64,000 bases of DNA, taken from NCBI GenBank assembly GCA_001600815.1, contig BCKZ01000004.1:124001-188000 (forward strand), read 5' to 3'. A program made the translations under genes and the position numbers. Under the pieces are notes generated by a model. The model was given only the letters and a program-made list of their open reading frames with translations. It had not been told where the DNA came from and ran no database searches. Origin of the DNA: Alloascoidea hylecoeti. Its lineage: Eukaryota. Below, piece after piece: positions 22,831-33,435 of the stretch. How positions within the stretch are numbered: the stretch's first letter is position 1; each line of letters opens with the position of its first letter.

Positions 22831-24770
22831 TTATTTTTTCTTTGTGATCTTCCTTTTTTTATTTCGATTTGCTTCTTTTTCTTTCTGTTCTTGTATATCT
22901 TTATAATATTGTAGTTTTTCCAGATCCTTGTCTTGTCTGATATTTTGAGCAGTTAGGAGATTAGTTTTGGTTTTTGATTTATTGTAGGGTCTTCTGGTTG
23001 TACTACTAAAACCGAAATCAAAAAAAAAGATTTCTCCCTTATTTGTTTTTTTCATATTAGCCGGTTTTATATCGCAATGAGCAATCTGCAGTGAATGAAG
23101 ATAGTTTAAATTCTCCTCGGCTATAACATAGTCATTAAATTTTAGATTGTTTCCGTCTATAAATTCCAAAATCATAAACAACCCAGAAGTTAAAATATTT
23201 TTATCTACACCACTGCAGAATCCATAACCGTAAAGATCCGGTGCAATTCTTTTAAAGCTTCTTTTCTTTTTCTCCCTGGTTATTCTGTCATAGCACCTAA
23301 TTTCGGATTCGAAATAACTGCAACATTTTTCTCCCATTGCACTTAATCGATAATTATACCGAGGAACTTGAACGGGGTCTAAGATCTTAATAATAAGATC
23401 CTTTTCAGGAAGATTTTGGAATTTTTCATATTTTCCCTCATCAATGAGTTTTAAGAAAACATTTTTCTTTCAAAGAGAAATACGCTGGAATTATATTTTC
23501 CTGGTTTGAACTGTATAATGTGTTTTTTCCATGTTCTATTAGTGGTTATCATAAGATCCATTTCACATAACCCAATTGATTTAGATTTAATAATTTCTGT
23601 GCTTTCAAAGCATTTTTTTAAATTTTCTCGAGTAGTTTTCTCCTCCTCAATTATTTCACCATCAGGTTTCCGAAGATTGGCACCTATTGATTCAAGATTC
23701 TTTTGAACTTTAGTTGAAGCTATTTGGTTTCCTTCATACCGTTGCATGGAATTTTTTAAAAACATGGTATAAAATAATAAAACGTTGGGGTCTTTATATT
23801 GCATTACATGATAGTTTATTTGAATTTTGTTATAAGAACCTTTTTTCCCATCGTGCTTCTTAAGATTTTGTTTTTCGGCTTCTGCAATCTCTATAAAGAA
23901 GATGATATAGTAGTCAGTTATAATTGAAAATGTTGTTTTTAAGTTTAAGCACTGATATATCATTTCTGCTGCCTTTTTACCAAACGTTTCAGCGGGTTTG
24001 AAAGGTTTAATACTATAAAGCATCCCCAACAACATTGGACGCTTAACTTCTATGGACACCAAATTATTGTTGTTATTTACTATCACGTAATCTGAGACCG
24101 TCCTCAAGTTTAATTCTGGACCTTCTTCTTTGTAAAAATAAGCTGGCTTTTGAGTAGCAAGCAGAAGATCTTTGCCAGCTAATAAATTAAACAGATGGAT
24201 ACCAGGGTTGAATAGTTTGGCTGTGAGATACGTTGAAACTACACCTTCGTTCAAATCGAGCCTAACAACACCTTGAAACATTAGTTGATCTATAAAGATT
24301 CTAAGCTTATTCTGAGGGAGTTTACTAAGTGCTGTCTCAATATAGACTCTCTATGCACTCATGTCAAGAGTTGAACCATATACTAATTGAATTTTCGAGA
24401 AATAATCAACCATTCGATTGAGTTTACTACTGGTTGCATTAGAGCTTTTAGTGGTTGTTTCCGCATTGGAAATCGATGCAACTCTGCTCTTTTTTTTCTT
24501 TAACATTGTTGGTCTATTAAGCTGTGGATACTGGAATAGACCAGTTATCGGAATATTCATCATGAACTGCTTCATATGAAGGACGTCTTGCTCAGCACCA
24601 AAGAACCCCAAGAAGAATTCTTGAAAGGATTTTAAATTTGAAGGGTTATCTAAATCGCCGAACATTTTTTCTAAATTAATTAGGTAAATCCTATCATTAC
24701 CATGATATTGCTGTGATTGTTTTGTAACCTCTTTTTTAAACTGGTCGAAATCCTCCTCGAAATCTCTCAT
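22831..24770 (-). pseudogene. Nuclease-like plus protein kinase gene, copy 1 (three track ORFs form one ~646-codon gene with one TAG and one frameshift)
   Basis: ORFs 24770-24351 and 24281-23451 are in one frame separated only by a TAG. The third ORF's frame is open back to the end of the second and contains LIIKILDP. Motifs: SDYVIV..LVSIEVKRP (D...ExK), IITDY, ILEFIDG, LHSLQIAHCDIKPANM, FFDFGFS, basic C-terminus. Confidence 0.8.
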
Positions 24771-24959
24771 TATGGAATGAGTAGAATATTTAAATGATGA
24801 TTTTTAAAGATAAATTTAGGTGCAAATGTATTGCACTTTAAATTATATCGTTTAGGGAAGCGATTTAATAATGATTTTGAGGACAGAATTTTGAAAATGT
24901 ATTTTTATATAAAAAGAAGTTGAATGTATTATTTCTCTACACATTGGATATGTGATTAA

Positions 24960-26628
24960 TTATACTTTACGAATGTGGTGTAATATACTCGCAGCACCGT
25001 ATATTTCAGTATCAACGTTTTCAAATATTCACACTCTTTAGCATAATCAATATTATCCCTCTATAATCTTCTGATTTTGCTCTCATTCTAAATATTAATT
25101 CTTTACCATGTTGGTCAATAAATAACTGTTCAATAATTTTTCTTGTCGATTATCTTCTTTTAACTTCAATAATTCTTATCTAAGAATATTTTTGAAAATT
25201 CATCAAGACAATTTTTCCATAATTCATCAGTTTCATCAATTATATTATAAATTGGTCTATTAAACTCTTTTCTCATTGATTCACAACCCCATTTATTATT
25301 TGAAGTTTTAATTAATTTTTTATTACAATTATATTCAAGACATAAAGGATATGGAAAAGTTTCATTACTAATTAATATGAGCTTTTAAATTAAAATATTC
25401 AGGTTTTTTAATTGATTTTTTTAAATTTTCATATTTTATATTTTCAATAATTTTCCTATCATTAAATTAACCCCACTATTATTACTATAGATTTTTGAAT
25501 ATGATTTTAAATTTTCTAATTTTAATTTATCATTATTTTTATTATTTTATTACTATGATTTAAGCTCTAATGATTATTTTGTTAAAGGATTTAAATACAT
25601 GATCATCATACTATCGAAAGAATATGCATATAAACATTTCTTACCACCATAATAACCTACTTTAGCATTTTTATATTGAATAACATCACCAACATTAGCA
25701 TTAATTAATAATGAATTAAAGTATATATAACTTGCACGGAAATAAATTTTAATTGAATATTTTGATCGTTCAAGTATAGTTATCTCTCATAATTTATATG
25801 GTTTAGCAGAATTTTTAGAATTTTTATCCGCGAAATCAATAATTTCTATGATTATACCTTGTATATCGAGGTTCAATAATTGTATCATTTTTCAAATGAT
25901 AAGGATGGTTTAGTTGTTTAAAATTTTTTTCTGTGGTAATAACTTTACATTATGATATTTTACAAATCTTTCCAAGTATTAAAAAATCATAAAATTTATC
26001 AACATCAGAATCATAACCAATTAATTGAATTTCACCTTTAAATTTATCTACTAAACATGAAACAAATGCCTTTCTAGTGTGTACGCTTTTGGAATGTTTA
26101 TACGCTCTTATAGATAATCTAAAAACAATTCTTGCTTTTATTACTCAGTTGTTTAGATGATGTGGAGATAATGTTGCAATTGGTGTAAAAACTTATTTTG
26201 ATTTTTATGATTTTTGTGGTTTTATGGAATAATCTTTAACAACCACTGTTCTACTCTTGTATTTCTTTTTCAATGGGAAAATAAGAAGGATTTCCAATTC
26301 TTGATTCACATTTTTCAATATTATACGTAGAAATGATTAATAAACCTTGAAAAGAGTGTTTGGGAAATTGGACTATTTCAACAATATCATATTTACACAA
26401 TTTCTTTAATTGTGATGAAAAATCAACACCGTAAATTCCATGTGAAGAAACTATATTGATTGAATCCGATAGAATAAACATTGACGCTATCTCTGTTTCT
26501 TGAGTATAGTCTCCAGGAAAATAACGACTGCTTAAAATCTGGAGACGAAGAATAAGATGAAGAAACGCTTCTTGGAAACTTGAGCTCCAAACGGCACTTA
26601 AAATACCAACCGATAAATAATTCTCCAT
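24960..26628 (-). pseudogene. Full-length degenerate RPA70/RFA1-like gene (DBD-F, A, B, C)
   Basis: Motifs in RPA70 order: MENYLSVGILSAVW..LQIL..FILSDSIN..RIGNP (F); TPIATLSPH..N*VIKARI, LVDKFKGEIQLIGYDSDVDKFYDFL (A); LDIQGII..KPYKL*EITIL..YSIKI..GDVIQYKNAKVGYYGG (B); DRKIIENIKYENL..KPEYFNLKA, FPYPLCLEYNCNKKL..KWGCE, KELIFRMRAKSEDY, IDYAKECEYL (C). Many stops and indels. Confidence 0.85.
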
Positions 26629-26714
26629 TAAATGAAAAAGAAGAAAAGAAAAAAAGTACAACTTTATACATGTTGTAGTCAAAGTAGGGTAACACATTCA
26701 CATTAAATTAGCAA

Positions 26715-28316
26715 TTAACTACTGTCTCTACTTATAATCTTCGCTGCGTATGTCTCAACCAGCGTATATTCAGTACTGTCGGGGTAAATTGCATATCCAT
26801 CGTCAGAAGTTTTGCCAGACGAGAGCGTTGAGCCAGCCTGCCAGTACAACTCCCCACTCAGCCCAGAGTCTATCACAGCCTGGAGCCAGGTCGTATAAAC
26901 CGTGGTCTTATCGCTAGTTACTCCGTATTCTTCAATAATAACTGGCTTATTCGCACTCTTTTGTGACTCAGCATGCTTGGTTATCCATGTCTCACCCCAA
27001 GATTCTGCACTTGATTCACCCCAACTGGTTGGATATAAATGAAAAGTTCCAAAATCAATTGAATCAATTTTCAAGTTCTCATCAAAATCAATTCCTTCTC
27101 CTCCGGTGTATGGATAATCTGATGATGTTGCATTGTTGAAAAATCCTTCGTCTCCAATTGCAACCAAATGATTAGTATCAATTGATTTGATATATTCAGA
27201 CATTTCTGTTGCCCAATCGGTAATTGCTGTTGTATTACAAGTTCCTGAATTTGTACTTGATGTTCCTGTACATCTTGGTTCATTAGCCAATTCCCATGCC
27301 ATAATAGTCGATTCATCTACATATCTACTAACAAATGTCTTAACATAACTCTTAAATGCTTGTTTAACCTCATCATTTGTATAAAAATAATCATGATATG
27401 TAGTACCCGTCAATTGTTTAACATACACATCCATACCACCATAATCTGACCAATTATTAGTTAATGTAACAATGATCTTAATACCTGCTGATTTAGCTAA
27501 TGAAATTAATGTATCAAAATGTTCTAATCCATCATCTCCAGTATTTACCGTTGCTGTTTCACCATCCCATAATTGATAATAAATGCCTGATGCACTTGTG
27601 ACTTCATTAAAACCCCATGTTCTGAAAACTGTCGCTCCAGCATTAACCATATCTGAAAGAGCAGTAGTCATGTCTGTTGTTCCATATCCACCAAGACCAA
27701 CCCAGTATGAATTAGCACCAACAACACTAAATGTAGAACTATCTAGTGTAAATGTTTGACCAGAAACACCAACAAAGCCAGTTGAATTTGAAACCGAAGT
27801 AGTTGAAACATCTGCTACTGCAACTGATGTGTAAGCAACAGAAAAAGTACTGCTTACGCTTGCAGTTTCTTTACTCACTTCAGAATCTGATACACTTGCA
27901 ATTGATGTATAAGTAGCAGACAGAGTACTTGTTCCTGAAGTCATTTTTTCACTCACTTCGTAATCGGATACACCTGTAGTTGATGTGTAAGCAACAGAAA
28001 CAGCAATGTTTGTAGTGGAAGTTGTTTCTTTACTCACTTCGTAATTGGATACACCTGTGGTTGATGTGTAAGCGATAGCAATATTATTGCTTGTGGTAGC
28101 AGCTGTCTCTTTATTTGTTTCAGCTGCTGATACACATTGATAATAATAATCATTCTGAGTAACACAAGAACCGGTTGCACAACAAGTAGGGCCAGTCCAA
28201 TAGCTACCACCACATTGACCATATAATGAAGCACAATCAGCTGCTTCGGCTATTGAACTAGAGAATAGTAATAAAACTGCAGTTGGAATTGAGAGAATTG
28301 GGTGATGAGTAACCAT
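26715..28316 (-). CDS. Secreted endo-beta-1,4-mannanase, CBM1 + S/T linker + GH5 (subfamily 7-like)
   Basis: Signal peptide; CBM1 [32 protein letters not shown]5 motifs [44 protein letters not shown]. First ATG is 28316 (track starts at a TTG). No introns. Confidence 0.93.
   Translation of the reverse strand: MVTHHPILSIPTAVLLLFSSSIAEAADCASLYGQCGGSYWTGPTCCATGSCVTQNDYYYQCVSAAETNKETAATTSNNIAIAYTSTTGVSNYEVSKETTSTTNIAVSVAYTSTTGVSDYEVSEKMTSGTSTLSATYTSIASVSDSEVSKETASVSSTFSVAYTSVAVADVSTTSVSNSTGFVGVSGQTFTLDSSTFSVVGANSYWVGLGGYGTTDMTTALSDMVNAGATVFRTWGFNEVTSASGIYYQLWDGETATVNTGDDGLEHFDTLISLAKSAGIKIIVTLTNNWSDYGGMDVYVKQLTGTTYHDYFYTNDEVKQAFKSYVKTFVSRYVDESTIMAWELANEPRCTGTSSTNSGTCNTTAITDWATEMSEYIKSIDTNHLVAIGDEGFFNNATSSDYPYTGGEGIDFDENLKIDSIDFGTFHLYPTSWGESSAESWGETWITKHAESQKSANKPVIIEEYGVTSDKTTVYTTWLQAVIDSGLSGELYWQAGSTLSSGKTSDDGYAIYPDSTEYTLVETYAAKIISRDSS
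27815..28115 (-). repeat. About four imperfect coding repeats in the mannanase linker
   Basis: [17 protein letters not shown] / [17 protein letters not shown] / [17 protein letters not shown] / AYTSVAVAD. Confidence 0.8.
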
Positions 28317-30241
28317 CGTAACCAATATTTATATTTCTAGATCCGAAAGTAGTTTAAACCCTCTTGCAACTGAGGGGTGTGCTACTCTATTTATATTTAA
28401 AAATATGATTCAGTGATGAACTTATATTGCTTATAATAACGAAGTCCCATATTATGCCATTATGTTTCATTATAATACTACTTTCATACAATCGAAGAAG
28501 TTTACACACAATTGTGCATATGCATATAGTATTTTATTTCAAAATTAAGAAATATAAAATACTAAAATACTTATAATTGAAAGAAATCTTAAATAATAAT
28601 AACCCAATTCAATTGTATTACATACTCAACTCACCTATAAGCCTTATAAATATTTTCAGATCCTGATACAATTTATAATACATTTCAATGCTCCTTTCAG
28701 TCCTCACCAACTGCAATACCGCCAATTACATATACGGAATGTGTTATAAACGGCACATAAATAGGAAAGCTTTATTCAATATTATTCACACTCCAACAAT
28801 GATATAATAAGCGTTTAATAGAAATATATATAGAATTATCTTCATTTGTAAACCTCTTCATGTTTAGATGGTTTCATGGGATTAAGTAATGAACAAATTA
28901 CCTTTTCCCTATAAGATCTTATACATTGAAACTTTAAAACCACCAGTAAGAAAGATTAAAAATGTTTGAACTCAGTTTGAAATTTATATATTTTTGATGC
29001 ATTGTACTAAACGGTTCAGTGTCGCAAAGATATTTCTGTTGCAGAACTCTTATAATCGGTAATTTGTTGAAAATTATTCGTTGCGGCTGTTTGTTATGGG
29101 ACTCTTATACTAACTTGAATATATTCTTACTGATTATTTGTCAATCCAGTAAAAAGTTTTCGTATTATTACCGGATACAATGCTTCATTTTACGAAATTA
29201 AGTGTATTCATTATAATCATAAGCATAAGCGCTAACTAGTGCTAGTAGTATAAGCTAAAGCTAAGCAACGTTACCCCTATAACTATAATTATATCACCCT
29301 CATAGGGACACTTATATACCATATTATATATATTTCTTGACTCCAATAAATGATTTATATATTTGTCAGTAGTTCTGTCTCGAATATGCTAACAATGAAG
29401 TAGAAAGAGAACAGTTAACGTTGTAACTGGAGTGGTAGTGTCAATTGTAATATGCACATACCGCTATAGCATTAATTTTAGTATTAGCATGTACAAAATA
29501 AACCCATAGTTAATCATTTTAAAGTTAAACTTGAATAATATCTCTGGCAAGAAAAAAAATAATTAATATTCCGCAGGCCTTTAAAATTCAACATGGCTAC
29601 AGGTTTTTCACCACTGGTTGGTGAAAGAATATTTTAGTATTAGAATCACAAAATTTACGACAGTTGGGTCACTTATTTTCATTACTTGGTGATTATTGGT
29701 GACTGGTAGAGAAAATAGCATTTTGACTTGTTCAACTTCGTGATCAGTATTATAAACGTTTTCTGATCAAATTCATTTTATGGTTATTTGATATATCGAT
29801 GGAGAATTGCAATTTCAAACTTACCAATGATTTTTCTTCACAACAAAGAAATATATCATATCCAATATTATACAGATAAATGCACAAATTGTTCTAACTT
29901 ATTATATATTTATATACATATTTGTAATTGTTTATATGATAGTGCAATAATATATAAGAATCAAACTCGATATTCACAGTGTTTTTCAGTTTTCTTAATA
30001 TATATGTAATTGAAATAATATACTGGGAATGAAAGATGCTTAATTTGGTATAGTTTAGTTTAACTATTCGCTAGTATTTTTTTTTTTTTAATTTCTGTGT
30101 TTAGAAATTTCTTTTGAATTATATTTACTCAAAAAATAAGTTGTATATTTCGTTCCTCGCAATTGGTTTCCATGAGTTTCAAGTAGTCAATAAATACTGC
30201 TGTATACTTATTGTTTTGTTTATTTAGTTCTTAAATAGATT

Positions 30242-32734
30242 TCATATTTTATTATTATCATTATCATTTTTATCATCTTTTGTTTTATGTTTATTTTGGT
30301 CTTCCTTAGATTTGGAGTCAGAAACACGAGATTCAATAATTTCTTTTGTGAATCTTTTAACCCAATCAAATGAAATTTGATTCTTTGTTAATCCTAATTT
30401 ATTTAATTGTTTAGCTGACCATAAAAATATTTCTCGATTTTTTTCACTTAATGCAAAATCACCAATAACTTTAATTGCAAATATTCTTTCACTTGTACTA
30501 ATATTTAAATTATATTTTGAATATTCATAAAATTCAACAGTTTTTGATATTTTCCTCTCAATTGATTTTAGATCTTTCAACTTATGTTGATTTCCTGGTA
30601 TTAATATATAATTATAAAATAATTGCGCTGAAATACAACCTCTTCTTCTCGCCAAGTCGTTTAATAACATCACAGTTATATTATCTCTTTCCTTTCGAAT
30701 TTCAGATTTCGAAATTTTAAGAACCATTTCTCTCATTAGTACTCTTTCATTCATTGGAATTTTAATAAAATATATATCTTTATGTTTTTCAAGAAGATAT
30801 TGAACAATATGGGTTAAACCTGTAATTTCTATAACAGGGTCAACTGATTTTGATAATGCGATAGCTTGTTCCAACTGATCTTTTTGTAGTAATGATCTTG
30901 TTAACATTCCAAATTCCGAAGATTGAAGAGTTGAGCCTTGTCGAAATATCTCACTGAGTACTCTTTCAGCACCCTCTGAATCGTCGAACGACAAGTGTAA
31001 GTATAATAAAGCACCAAGTACATTGCGTGATAACGGTAATGTTAACTGTTGACATACTACAGAAGCAAACTCAACATCTTTTTGTCTTGCTGCATAAATT
31101 AATAGAGCTTCGGACATACCTGGATGTGTATATAATGAAAGTGGTAATTGATCAACAATAGTTTTTGCTGAATCTCTATATGCTTTACTTTTTGATAATT
31201 CTCCAATTAATGCCGAAAGTATACCAGGATCATGAAAACTTATATCTGGATAATACGATTTGATTTTATTCCATTGTAACCACATACCAGAAACATTATG
31301 ATTTCTTTTATTTTGCATCATCAATTTATAAACTTGTTTAACCGGTACTGCTTGAACTTCTCCTTCTCCTAATTTTTTATTTAAGAAATTAAAAATTACA
31401 TTGGCAGTTTTTGGAAAATGTTCATTAACAATATTTAAAGCAATTTCCATTACCTCTTTTCTTTGTATTTTTGAAAGAGTGACTGGAAAATTTTCTTGAT
31501 CCAAGGCCATTAATGCTTCTAAGTGATGTTTATCCATTTTCGGATTACTGACCAATAATGCTGCAATAACAGCCGACAAAGTTGATTGTTGAACCATTCC
31601 TTCTGATCCCAATTTTATACATATTGACGATGCTAATAATGGTAAACCTTCTGATATGCAAATGTGGATTAGTAATTCTGATATTGGTTGGGTATCACGT
31701 TCTGTTAATGCTGCCCCAAGTCCACTTTTCGGGACAATCTTTGATAATAGATTATAAATAGTTGTTTCATATGAATCTATGATCGATTCAGTATCAGAAT
31801 GAATAGCTGTTGTTGTATTTGCTAGATTCTGTCGTTCTTTTATACTTTGTAAAACAATTGATTTAATTAATTTTAAATCAAACATTATTAGAATTGCATA
31901 AATTGTTTCTTTTATAAAGCCATTCGATAATAATTTTGATAGACCATCAATAACTGTTACTTTTATATTTGAATTTTTCTTATAATTGTATAATAGTAAC
32001 CATAATAAAAATATAGCTTCTTTTGAAGTTGTCCCCTGTCCAAATAAAGTTAAAAATATATGGGAATTTGGGTCACCTTGCTCATAATGTTCAATTTCAT
32101 TCATTAATATCATTAGATCTTTGTTATTTACTTGTTTAATGGTGTATAAACTCGGTGCTCTGAATGCTTTCAGTTGTCCTGTTAATTTATTATTGGATAT
32201 CAGTACGGTACCATCTTCATCCGAATGAATAAATTTATCAAGCAAATTCATGATGTTACCTAATGGTTCTAATTGTTTTCTTGTAGGAGCAGAAATTGTC
32301 GATTTTTTATCTGATTGTCTAATTGGTTCTTTCTGAAAATTTGGTAGTACCCACGATCCAAATGCATTTTCATCTCTTTCTATTTCTTCATCATAATCAC
32401 TTTTGTTTAGATTCTTGCTGATTTTTTTGTTTTTGAGTTTGTTTTCATCATTATTATTATCAACTTTGAGATCTTCAAAATTTTGAGTATTCCTTTGTAT
32501 ACTTGTGGTGAAATATTTTGAGCTTGCTGCGCTTGAATTTAGTTCTACACTCCTGGGAAAATTATGATGCAGATTAAATTTTGAAAAACAGTGATAATAC
32601 TTCCTTCGAAAATGCTGTAGCTGTTGTATCTGATTAAAAGCTATTATATTTAGAACAGTGGATCTATGCCATAACTGACCAACTGTCCTAGAATTTACCG
32701 GAAGCTTAGACAAAATAGGATGGACTTGGACCAT
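30242..32734 (-). CDS. 830-aa probable mitochondrial helical-repeat (PPR-like) protein
   Basis: Long ORF with a basic, acid-poor N-terminus like a presequence and PPR-like helices (NVLGALLYLHLSFDDSEGAERVLSEIFRQGSTLQSSEFGMLTR). The function call is tentative. Confidence 0.55.
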   Translation of the reverse strand: MVQVHPILSKLPVNSRTVGQLWHRSTVLNIIAFNQIQQLQHFRRKYYHCFSKFNLHHNFPRSVELNSSAASSKYFTTSIQRNTQNFEDLKVDNNNDENKLKNKKISKNLNKSDYDEEIERDENAFGSWVLPNFQKEPIRQSDKKSTISAPTRKQLEPLGNIMNLLDKFIHSDEDGTVLISNNKLTGQLKAFRAPSLYTIKQVNNKDLMILMNEIEHYEQGDPNSHIFLTLFGQGTTSKEAIFLLWLLLYNYKKNSNIKVTVIDGLSKLLSNGFIKETIYAILIMFDLKLIKSIVLQSIKERQNLANTTTAIHSDTESIIDSYETTIYNLLSKIVPKSGLGAALTERDTQPISELLIHICISEGLPLLASSICIKLGSEGMVQQSTLSAVIAALLVSNPKMDKHHLEALMALDQENFPVTLSKIQRKEVMEIALNIVNEHFPKTANVIFNFLNKKLGEGEVQAVPVKQVYKLMMQNKRNHNVSGMWLQWNKIKSYYPDISFHDPGILSALIGELSKSKAYRDSAKTIVDQLPLSLYTHPGMSEALLIYAARQKDVEFASVVCQQLTLPLSRNVLGALLYLHLSFDDSEGAERVLSEIFRQGSTLQSSEFGMLTRSLLQKDQLEQAIALSKSVDPVIEITGLTHIVQYLLEKHKDIYFIKIPMNERVLMREMVLKISKSEIRKERDNITVMLLNDLARRRGCISAQLFYNYILIPGNQHKLKDLKSIERKISKTVEFYEYSKYNLNISTSERIFAIKVIGDFALSEKNREIFLWSAKQLNKLGLTKNQISFDWVKRFTKEIIESRVSDSKSKEDQNKHKTKDDKNDNDNNKI

Positions 32735-33435
32735 GGACTTTTATTCTTAATGCAATTGGTAGTTTTCCTTTTCTTTTTCCTATGCCTTTTCTATTCTTTT
32801 TGTCCGTCGGTATAAAAATATATTATGATTTTATCAATGCCTTTTGAAAATAGAACCACTCATAGAAGCCTATGCTAGTTTGTACTTTTTCCTTCTATTT
32901 ATTGCTTGTTATGGCACGGTTATTATATAAATTGAAAATTGAAGGGCATCAGTTCTCTTCACTATTCTGATAATTTTGAGCTAGAGAAGGTTTTGAAAAT
33001 TCCTTAATGTAGAGGTGCAAAATCATTACGTAAGCTGTAGTCACCTGACACAGTTTTCATCTAATAATGAATCTGTTTTACAGAAGACATTTGTAAAGAT
33101 AACATATTAGTTTCAATTAATTTATATTTGCATAATGTATAATATATTAAGCGATAAAGTCTTATAATATAATAGTATTAGTGACTATCCAGCTAATAAC
33201 TATGGAAAATTTTAATTAAGAATACTCTTAAGAATAAATAAATAAATATGGGATATGAACAAGCGAAGTTTGCAAATTGAATAAAATATAAATACAAAAG
33301 GATAGAAACAAAATTCAAAAGATAAAAACAAATGAAGAGTAGAGATCAACCAATTAAAATTTCATTATAACCGTTATAATTAGTGCATGTATTCATTAGC
33401 ATTGCAATTTTAAACGTAGATTTGCAATTGAGGTT

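Noticed and set aside
22625..25139. Direct repeats flanking the kinase gene read as LTRs
   Set aside because: They translate as the RPA70 C-terminus, I saw no TG...CA ends or primer-binding site, and the enclosed gene has no gag or pol features.
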